Shown: positions 45,469-52,969 of the stretch, one piece after another | Numbering within the stretch: the stretch's first letter is position 1 | Layout: the number at the start of each line of letters is the position of its first letter | Source: a virus | Lineage: Duplodnaviria > Caudoviricetes | Length of the DNA: 52,969 nt | Virus record (IMG/VR): IMGVR_UViG_3300025098_000066 | Span: 1-52,969 of that record | Reading direction: 5' to 3' (one strand) | Position numbers and translations under genes: made by a program | Notes under the pieces: model-generated | Database searches by the model: none | Told to the model about the DNA's origin: nothing | What the model saw: only the letters and a program-made list of their open reading frames with translations

Positions 45469-48237
45469 ATGGCAGGTTACACACGGCAGTCTACAGGCAC
45501 TATAATCAATGGGTCGCCTATTACTGCACCTCCCCTTAATTCTGAGTTTAATCAGGTAGCTGACGCATTTCACGGCACAACTGGTCATGGACATACTGGC
45601 GCTACAGGTGATGCCCCTAAAATACCTCTGGCGACATCTGTTTCTGGGTTTTTGCCCGCCGTAAATGGTGGTGTAGGTGGCCTTAATAAAATGGATGCCA
45701 CCGCCGCCCCTATAGCTACCAACGATATCTCTCAGGGCTATGTCGTAGGCTCGATGTGGCAGAATACTTCAACAGGACGTACATACATCTGTATCGTTAA
45801 TTCTGCTAATGCAGCGGTCTGGGAAGAGTTAGTAAAAGTATCAAATGGTAATGCAATACTGCCTGTTGCTAACGACACTATAGATTTGGGTAACACATCT
45901 ACTCGTTTTCAAGACTTATTCCTTAGCGGCGGGATTGCGGCGGCTACTAACGTAGCTGTTGGTGGTACGCTTAACGTAACTGGCGATGCAGGGTTCGCTA
46001 ATTTAGCTGCTACTGGAACTACGACTATTACATCCGTAGACCTTAATTCTGGTGTGATAGATAATACTGTAATTGGTAATACCACCGCTGTTGCAGGTAG
46101 CTTCACCACTCTTTCAGCTACTGGAACCACAACACTAGCCACAGTTGATATTAATGGCGGTGCTATCGATGGCACTACAATCGGCGCTTCTACTCCTGCG
46201 GCTATCACAGGCACGACTATTACATCTACGGGATTAGCTACTTTAGCTACTGTAGACGTAAACGGCGGCAATATTGATGCTACAGTCATTGGCGCATCGA
46301 CTGCGGCGGCGGGTAGTTTTACTACAGTGGGTACATCAGGTCAGGCCACTCTTGCTACGGTAGATATTAACGGTGGTAACATTGACGGTACAATTGTTGG
46401 CGCAACAACTCCCGCAGCCGTAACAGGTACTACAATTACAGGTACAAGCCTTGTAGGGCCACTTACAGGAACCGTGGCGGGCAATGTCACGGGTAACGTA
46501 GTAGGTAATCTAACAGGCAACGTAGCGGGTAATGTGACAGCCTCTAGCGGCACATCCTCATTCACAGATGTGACCATCAATGGTACACTGAATATGAATG
46601 CGGGTACGACTGCTACCATCACTAACTTGACTGCACCCTCAAATGACCTTGATGCAGCCACGAAAAAATACGTTGACGATGAAGTAGCTGCTCTTGTAGA
46701 TAGCGCACCCGGTACACTGGACACGTTGAATGAGTTAGCGGCTGCGCTGGGCGATGATGCAGACTTTGCTAATACAATCACAACAAGCATAGCGACTAAG
46801 TTACCACTGGCTGGCGGCACAATGTCTGGCCCGATTGCTATGGGTACGTCTAAGATTACTGGTCTGGGTGATCCGACTGCTAACCAAGATGCAGTCACGA
46901 AGTCATTCTCTGACACTACTTACTTAGGCAAAGCTGGTGGCACGATGTCTGGTGCGATTGCTATGGGTAATCAGAAGATTACTGGTCTGGGCGCACCCAG
47001 CTCTGCAAATGATGCTGTGAGTAAAAGTTACGTTGATACGATTACTGGTAGTCTTAGTTCCGCACAAACCAACGCTACTGCCGCCGCTGCTTCTGCTACA
47101 GCCGCTGCTACCAGTGAAACCAATGCAGGTAACTCTGCTACTTCCGCTGCTAGTTCGGCTACATCTGCCGCTGCATCTTATGATGACTTCGATGACAGAT
47201 ACCTTGGTGCTAAGTCTTCCGCTCCCGGTACAGACAACGATGGTGACGCACTTATAGCTGGTGCTTTGTATTTCAATACTACCACTGACATCATGTACGT
47301 CTATGGTGGTTCTGGATGGCAAGCTGCTGGTTCATCCGTTAATGGTACATCTAGCCGTAACACTTACACTGCTACTGCAGGTCAGACTACCTTCGCTTCA
47401 ACGTATGATCCCGGCTATGTCGATGCTTATCTCAACGGTGTTAAACTAATAGTAGGCACAGACTTTACTGCTACAAATGGTACATCTGTTGTACTGGCTA
47501 CAGGTGCAGCCGTAGGTGATACTGTAGACATTGTAGCTTACGGTACATTCGTAGTAGCCGATACATATACTAAGACACAGGCAGATGCTCGTTACGTTGA
47601 AGTAGCTGGCGATACTATGACGGGTGCTTTGACTGTTAATAATGAAGTTCGCATTAACACTACATCGGGCAAACTTGTCTACGTTAATGACGTTGCTGGT
47701 TGGACTTTGGACATGGAGGATGGGTCTAGCGACTTTTACATTCGCCAAGGGGTAGCATCCCCAAGAGATGCGTTCAAGATAGACGGTAACGGCGACATCA
47801 GCTTCTACGAGGACACAGGCACTACCGCAAAGTTCTTCTGGGATGCGAGTGCTGAACGGTTGGGTATTGGAGCAACCTCACTTAATGATGCTACAGTAGA
47901 AATACGCCCAGCCACAGATATACCTCAAATTAAGCTAACACAAAACAACGTACCTGATGGCGGGGACGGTTGGAAGTTTCATGCTAGTGGCCCTACTGGT
48001 GGTAATCTTGCGATAATCAGAGAAAGCAGTGGTTCTGATACAGAGGCTGTGCGGATTCACACTTCGGGTAACCTACAGATGACAGGCGGCGGTTCTGTTG
48101 GCTGGGCTAACTGGACTATCACAGAGTCTGGCGGCTCACTGTACTTCGCTACAGGCGGCACAAACAAGATGAAACTGGACGCAAGCGGCAACTTGGATGT
48201 TGTAGGCAACGTCAATTCCAACGCAACAATCACCTAG
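45469..48237 (+). CDS. Tail fibre protein
   Basis: MAGYTRQS N-terminus; INGGxIDGT repeats; DAATKKYVD; LDTLNELAAALGDD. Confidence 0.85.
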   Translation: MAGYTRQSTGTIINGSPITAPPLNSEFNQVADAFHGTTGHGHTGATGDAPKIPLATSVSGFLPAVNGGVGGLNKMDATAAPIATNDISQGYVVGSMWQNTSTGRTYICIVNSANAAVWEELVKVSNGNAILPVANDTIDLGNTSTRFQDLFLSGGIAAATNVAVGGTLNVTGDAGFANLAATGTTTITSVDLNSGVIDNTVIGNTTAVAGSFTTLSATGTTTLATVDINGGAIDGTTIGASTPAAITGTTITSTGLATLATVDVNGGNIDATVIGASTAAAGSFTTVGTSGQATLATVDINGGNIDGTIVGATTPAAVTGTTITGTSLVGPLTGTVAGNVTGNVVGNLTGNVAGNVTASSGTSSFTDVTINGTLNMNAGTTATITNLTAPSNDLDAATKKYVDDEVAALVDSAPGTLDTLNELAAALGDDADFANTITTSIATKLPLAGGTMSGPIAMGTSKITGLGDPTANQDAVTKSFSDTTYLGKAGGTMSGAIAMGNQKITGLGAPSSANDAVSKSYVDTITGSLSSAQTNATAAAASATAAATSETNAGNSATSAASSATSAAASYDDFDDRYLGAKSSAPGTDNDGDALIAGALYFNTTTDIMYVYGGSGWQAAGSSVNGTSSRNTYTATAGQTTFASTYDPGYVDAYLNGVKLIVGTDFTATNGTSVVLATGAAVGDTVDIVAYGTFVVADTYTKTQADARYVEVAGDTMTGALTVNNEVRINTTSGKLVYVNDVAGWTLDMEDGSSDFYIRQGVASPRDAFKIDGNGDISFYEDTGTTAKFFWDASAERLGIGATSLNDATVEIRPATDIPQIKLTQNNVPDGGDGWKFHASGPTGGNLAIIRESSGSDTEAVRIHTSGNLQMTGGGSVGWANWTITESGGSLYFATGGTNKMKLDASGNLDVVGNVNSNATIT

Positions 48238-48252
48238 TAGGAGTATACGAAG

Positions 48253-49848
48253 ATGGCGATTAAAGTAGGCGGTACAACCGTCATAAATGATAGCAGACAG
48301 CTTAGTAACATTACTTCTGTAGATGCGACTACTGTAGCTGCCTTGGGTACGGCTGGTGTTGGTGGCGGTGGGACTGCTGAGCTAACAGCGGCGTCTACAT
48401 TAACAGCAGGGCAAGCAGTGATTATTAATACTAGCGGTCAGGCAGCAGGTATTACAAAAACAATAGGTAGTGTTTCTTCGGTTGGTAGTAGTCAGTTTCA
48501 ACTTCCCTATGGCGGCAGTGACATTATTGCTAATGCTGCTGCCTATGACTCAATAAATAAAAAAATTATTGCTTTAGCTAGAAACTCAAACGGCTGGGTT
48601 CAATGGTGGCATGGGAATGTTGTTACAGATACTGGTTCTGAAGCTGTCGCAAGCCAAGGCGATAGTGTATATCCAGACAGCTCAAACATTGGCGCAAGTG
48701 TAGCCATGACTTTTGATCCCGACTGCAACGTAAATGGGTTTTTTTTAATTGTTATAAGTGATGACTCTAACAATAATACAGAAATGCGAACAGCCTATTT
48801 TAATGGTAACAGTAGAATATCTAGTAATAACGTTTCGTTAGCTAATAGAGTATCAGGCAATGGTGCATATGCCTTGGTTTATGACACTAGTCTACAAGCA
48901 CATATACTGATTTCACAGCTACATAGCGGTTCTCCAGTTATCAATGTGATTACATTGAGCTCTAGTGGGTATCCTACAAGCAGACTTCAAGCTACAATGT
49001 CTAATACTGGTGGAAACTATAAATTCCCAAAGGTTGGAACAGACGGAAATGGACAATTTTTAGCTATTCTTGGAGATGCTGGAGGCAGTGCTTCCTATGC
49101 CTATCCTTTTAAAGTAACAGGAAGTATTGGAGCAGGTTTTTCTATATCCCAAGGAACGAGGCAAACTTTAGACAGCAGTAACGCTATAAATAACTCTAAT
49201 AAACAAAGCGTAAAATTTGATACCCACAGTGGAAAATTTTTAATTTCTTATGGTACAGGTACATCCTCAGTTAAAGTAAGAAGTGCTACAATTAGTAATA
49301 ATAGTTTAACACTTAATACTGCGGTTACAGCGTCTTCTTTGGAAGGGCATAATAGTTTACTTGAGGATAAAAATGCTAAAAGCGCAATTATTTATGCAGG
49401 GGGGTATAATAACGCTACCTTTCAGTACAGGTCTATTGACGTAGCCACCAACGGAAATGTTACTCTTGGAACGGCTAGCGACTTAACAGGGTACAATGCT
49501 TACTTCTCAGGTTCAGCTAACTTTAATGTTCTCTCACATCTTAATAACCCTGATGTATCATTGTATACTGTGATTGGGAATGGAAATAACGCAAATGATT
49601 GGGAAAGTAGTAGTCATAAATTACCCATTACAAGTGACTCTTCTAAATTTGTAGGTTTTGCAACGGCTGGAATTAATAGCGGGGCGTCAGGGGATATAAC
49701 TGTGATTGGCGGTGTTAATGAACAACAGTCAGGGCTTACAGCGGGGTCAAAACACTACGTTAATAGTGGTGGTGCAGTTACCACCGATAGCGGTGGAACC
49801 TACGCAGGTGTAGCACTTTCAGCAACTAAACTATTGGTGAAAGGATAA
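48253..49848 (+). CDS. Fibre/spike-associated protein with propeller-like insert
   Basis: MAIKVGGTTVINDSR N-terminus; C-terminus paralogous to the next gene. Confidence 0.65.
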   Translation: MAIKVGGTTVINDSRQLSNITSVDATTVAALGTAGVGGGGTAELTAASTLTAGQAVIINTSGQAAGITKTIGSVSSVGSSQFQLPYGGSDIIANAAAYDSINKKIIALARNSNGWVQWWHGNVVTDTGSEAVASQGDSVYPDSSNIGASVAMTFDPDCNVNGFFLIVISDDSNNNTEMRTAYFNGNSRISSNNVSLANRVSGNGAYALVYDTSLQAHILISQLHSGSPVINVITLSSSGYPTSRLQATMSNTGGNYKFPKVGTDGNGQFLAILGDAGGSASYAYPFKVTGSIGAGFSISQGTRQTLDSSNAINNSNKQSVKFDTHSGKFLISYGTGTSSVKVRSATISNNSLTLNTAVTASSLEGHNSLLEDKNAKSAIIYAGGYNNATFQYRSIDVATNGNVTLGTASDLTGYNAYFSGSANFNVLSHLNNPDVSLYTVIGNGNNANDWESSSHKLPITSDSSKFVGFATAGINSGASGDITVIGGVNEQQSGLTAGSKHYVNSGGAVTTDSGGTYAGVALSATKLLVKG

Positions 49849-49852
49849 CCCA

Positions 49853-51661
49853 ATGACAAAAGCAAGAGACTTAGCAAACCTTATAGCAGCGGGTAATCCT
49901 CTGGCAGATGGGGCTATTAGTGTCGCAGAGATTAGTGACCTCACAGCTTCAGCGGCAGACCTTAATAAACTTGATGGTGTAACTGCAAGCACAACTGAAA
50001 TCAATAAACTGGATGGTCTTACTTCTAGTACTGCCGATCTTAACAACGTAGCGGGCATCAACTCATCAGTACAAACTCAGTTAAATGCTAAAGCACCTCT
50101 AGCAAGCCCAACACTAACTGGTACGGTTACTATGGGTGGTACTACTTACCCTAACTCTGATGGTACTGAAGGTCAGGTGCTTACTACGAATGGCTCTGGT
50201 GCGGTTAGCTTTGCTGATCCCGCTGGTGGTGGTAGTGCAGACTTTGTAGCTAGTGGTGCTATAGCTAATGGTGATGTTGTTGTACTGAATAGTAATGGTA
50301 CTGTTAGTGTGGCAGGGTTTGCTGACCCTAGTGTAGGTTCGCCTACAACATTTACTAACGGTAACCCACCAGAAAAAGATGTTGTATTTGATAGTTTAAA
50401 CAATAAAGTTGTAGTTGTTTATAGGGACATGGGTAACAGTAGTTCTGGAACTGCTATTGTCGGGACTGTAAACGGAAGCTCTATTTCGTTTGGTACTCCT
50501 GTTGTTTTTAAGGCAGGTCTAATCGAATCTATATCTGCTACGTTTGATACTAATAATAACAAAGTGGTAGTAGTTTATGGGGACAATACTAATTCTAGTT
50601 ATGGTACTGCTATAGTAGGGACTGTAAATGGTACGTCTATCTCTTTTGGAAGCCCTACCGTTTTTAACAGTATCGGTACAAGCGACACATCCTGCACGTT
50701 TGATACTAATAATAACAAAGTAGTAGTAGCCTATAGATCGTATCAAACGTACCCCTACGATGGTACAGCTATAGTAGGAACGGTAAGCGGTACGTCTATC
50801 TCTTTTGGTACTGCTACTGTATATGAATCAGCACGGACTAGCTATAATTCTGCCGTATTTGATAGCAGTAACAACAAAATTGTTATTGCATATGTTAGTT
50901 CCTCTAGTACCGAACGGGCTGTAGTAGGAACTGTAAACGGAACCTCAATAAGTTTTGGTACACCTGTTACTTTTAGTAGTGAAGGAGCAGCGTACTTATC
51001 TGCAGCGTTTGATAGTATCAACAATAAAATAGCCATTGCTTACTATGGAAGTGCAGGTGCTGGTAAAGCTCTTGTTGGGACTGTGAGCGGAAACTCTATC
51101 AGCTTTGGCACGACAGTAACTTTTAATGTTAGGGCTGCTTATATAACAACAACTTTTGATGTAGGTACAGGTAAAGTCGTTGTAGCATATCGTGATTTTT
51201 CAACAGGAAAGCCTTTTATTATAGTAGGAACCATAAGCGGAACCTCAATAAGTTTTGGAACAGCGTTACAGTATAGTACTAATAATAGTTCTTGGTTGGC
51301 CTCTGCATATGACAGCAATAGTAATAAAGTAATAATAGCTGACCAAAATAATAATGGTTCTACTCTTGATGGGAAAGTCGTTGTGTTTGACTCTGGCTCA
51401 ACCAACGCCTCATCCTACATAGGCGTAGCAGACGGAGCTATATCTAACTCAGCTACAGGTAAGATCACTATCAATGGTGGTGTTAACGAAGGGCAGTCAA
51501 GCCTAGCAGTAGGCACAACTTACTACGTTGCTGACAACGGTGACCTACAAACAACTAACAATGGACGCAAGATTGGCAAGGCTATCTCTGCAACTAAGTT
51601 ACTCGTCAATTCTAACATGAGCGGTGATGAGATGAACGCATACCTTGGAGGTCTGGTATAA
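49853..51661 (+). CDS. Fibre/spike-associated protein with ~44-aa tandem repeats
   Basis: MTKARDLA; about 7 repeats of FDxxNNKVVVxY...VGTVxGTSISFGT. Confidence 0.7.
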   Translation: MTKARDLANLIAAGNPLADGAISVAEISDLTASAADLNKLDGVTASTTEINKLDGLTSSTADLNNVAGINSSVQTQLNAKAPLASPTLTGTVTMGGTTYPNSDGTEGQVLTTNGSGAVSFADPAGGGSADFVASGAIANGDVVVLNSNGTVSVAGFADPSVGSPTTFTNGNPPEKDVVFDSLNNKVVVVYRDMGNSSSGTAIVGTVNGSSISFGTPVVFKAGLIESISATFDTNNNKVVVVYGDNTNSSYGTAIVGTVNGTSISFGSPTVFNSIGTSDTSCTFDTNNNKVVVAYRSYQTYPYDGTAIVGTVSGTSISFGTATVYESARTSYNSAVFDSSNNKIVIAYVSSSSTERAVVGTVNGTSISFGTPVTFSSEGAAYLSAAFDSINNKIAIAYYGSAGAGKALVGTVSGNSISFGTTVTFNVRAAYITTTFDVGTGKVVVAYRDFSTGKPFIIVGTISGTSISFGTALQYSTNNSSWLASAYDSNSNKVIIADQNNNGSTLDGKVVVFDSGSTNASSYIGVADGAISNSATGKITINGGVNEGQSSLAVGTTYYVADNGDLQTTNNGRKIGKAISATKLLVNSNMSGDEMNAYLGGLV

Positions 51662-51918
51662 TGAAGACTATCGTAGAAACTGCAACAGGCTTATCAAAGT
51701 ATGTCTTTGAGGATGCGGCAGAGGTAGCAATGTCTAGTGCTAACATTATTGCGCCCAACTTTATTATTGGTGACTTAAATAGCAATAACTCAACAATGCA
51801 CGAAGGCGTAACACCACCAGAAAACTGGACAGGTAATCGTTACACCTTTGATGGCACTACATGGACAGCTAATCCTGACTGGGTAGACCCTGCGACACTT
51901 GAAGAGGAGGGCGAGTAA
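51661..51918 (+). CDS. Small tail-associated protein
   Basis: PENWTGNRYTFDGTTWTANPDW. Confidence 0.6.
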   Translation: MKTIVETATGLSKYVFEDAAEVAMSSANIIAPNFIIGDLNSNNSTMHEGVTPPENWTGNRYTFDGTTWTANPDWVDPATLEEEGE

Positions 51919-52520
51919 TGGCTTTATTAACTGACTTACTGTCTGCTAACACGACTGACATTGCAGCTAATGCTACGGCGGTAGCTAGTGCGGGTGGTGG
52001 AGCCTATGAGTTACTTTCTACAACAACTGTATCTTCTGCCACTTATAATGTTTTTCTGGATTGGGGTTCAAGTTACTCGGGCCACTTTAAGGTTATCATA
52101 GAAAACATGACGGTCAACACTACCAATAGTTACCTTAATTTGAGATTTCGTACTGGGTCAAGTTCCCCCACAAGTAACTACTATTCAATGGGAAAGTCTT
52201 ACTATCCAAACAATACAAGTAGTTTCGCTAGATATAACGAAAATCATATGCAACTTACGACAGTTGATACGGCCGCAGACGGTGACGCTACTTTAAATGC
52301 TGAAATTGACATTTTTGCTGCGGGTATTTCTAACAAAAACACCTTTGGGCAATCGAGAATTGTTCAAATGCCGGGGTCGCCCGGTTCGTATAATTATGTG
52401 GCGGGTAGTAATGTTTGGTTTACCAGAAATAATAGCTCCGCAACAGTAACGGGTTTAAATCTATTTCACTTTAGTGCGCAAATTAACGGTGGAACTTTTA
52501 AACTTTATAAACTGAGTTAA
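51918..52520 (+). CDS. Tail fibre tip-like protein
   Basis: YELLSTTTVSS...GTFKLY beta-sandwich pattern. Confidence 0.55.
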   Translation: MALLTDLLSANTTDIAANATAVASAGGGAYELLSTTTVSSATYNVFLDWGSSYSGHFKVIIENMTVNTTNSYLNLRFRTGSSSPTSNYYSMGKSYYPNNTSSFARYNENHMQLTTVDTAADGDATLNAEIDIFAAGISNKNTFGQSRIVQMPGSPGSYNYVAGSNVWFTRNNSSATVTGLNLFHFSAQINGGTFKLYKLS

Positions 52521-52531
52521 GGGGTTACAAA

Positions 52532-52828
52532 ATGGCAATGATAAAATATGTAAATGGCGTTGAAGTAGAATTAACAGCCGAAGAAATTACGCAAATTGAA
52601 ACGGAACAAGCAGCGTGGCTTTCTGGTGCAAATGACCGTGTGGCAGAACGTAATCGCAATGAACGTAACACTATCCTATCGCAGTCAGATTGGACACAGT
52701 TCAACGACAGCCCACTTACAGGCGAGGTGAAGACCTCTTGGGCGACCTACAGGACTGCGCTTCGTAACCTTACGGCACACGATAACTGGCCTAACCTAGA
52801 AGATGCAGATTGGCCTACTAAGCCTTAA
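52532..52828 (+). CDS. Tail fibre assembly chaperone
   Basis: RNERNTILSQSDWTQ..D.P...WATYRTALRNL...WP.KP. Confidence 0.85.
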   Translation: MAMIKYVNGVEVELTAEEITQIETEQAAWLSGANDRVAERNRNERNTILSQSDWTQFNDSPLTGEVKTSWATYRTALRNLTAHDNWPNLEDADWPTKP

Positions 52829-52969
52829 TGTCATTGTAATTACCCCTTGCTAATACACTAACTAAGTGCTACAATTGTGTTATTGTTAAACTAGGTATAA
52901 CCACACACAATGAACGATACTCCTGATAAGTACAGGTCGTTCGTCTTAACAGCTCAAAATGTAATACGA

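Noticed and set aside
50340-51340. Diversity-generating retroelement or invertible tail cassette
   Set aside because: No reverse transcriptase or invertase; the repeats are in-frame protein repeats
52844-52969. Physical direct terminal repeat
   Set aside because: Length is close to a typical assembler k-mer and it ends inside a gene; most likely a circularisation overlap

Overview
The window is an essentially complete, circularly permuted ~52.8 kb genome of a marine podovirus. Bases 11-136 recur exactly at 52844-52969. It looks like an HMO-2011-type phage, based on a family A DNA polymerase carrying a DnaJ-type CxxCxGxG zinc-finger insertion; the host is probably alphaproteobacterial (Roseobacter-like, inferred). 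The + strand carries terminase, portal, scaffold, capsid, tail, internal virion and lysis genes. The - strand carries integrase, ThyX, primase, helicase, methyltransferase, a split polymerase, SSB, nucleases, MazG and class I RNR. An attP matches the 3' half of tRNA-Met, and a compositionally distinct 'early' island lies at ~27.4-31.1 kb. The main unexplained structure is a candidate RNA-based regulatory circuit in a temperate phage with no recognisable repressor. (1) A ~65-nt sRNA (12406->12342) has its own TTGACC-17-TATAAT promoter and terminator, and is complementary to a leader/RBS motif repeated before four early genes and, via G-U pairs, the helicase. (2) A ~73-nt sRNA (26989-27061) diverges from the integrase and has a UCCUCCC anti-Shine-Dalgarno loop matching the integrase and primase RBSs. 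(3) There is also an unannotated DUF1127-like small protein and a recurring ACCATA-N2-TATGGT operator-like palindrome. All family calls come from motif recognition by eye; no database searches were run.
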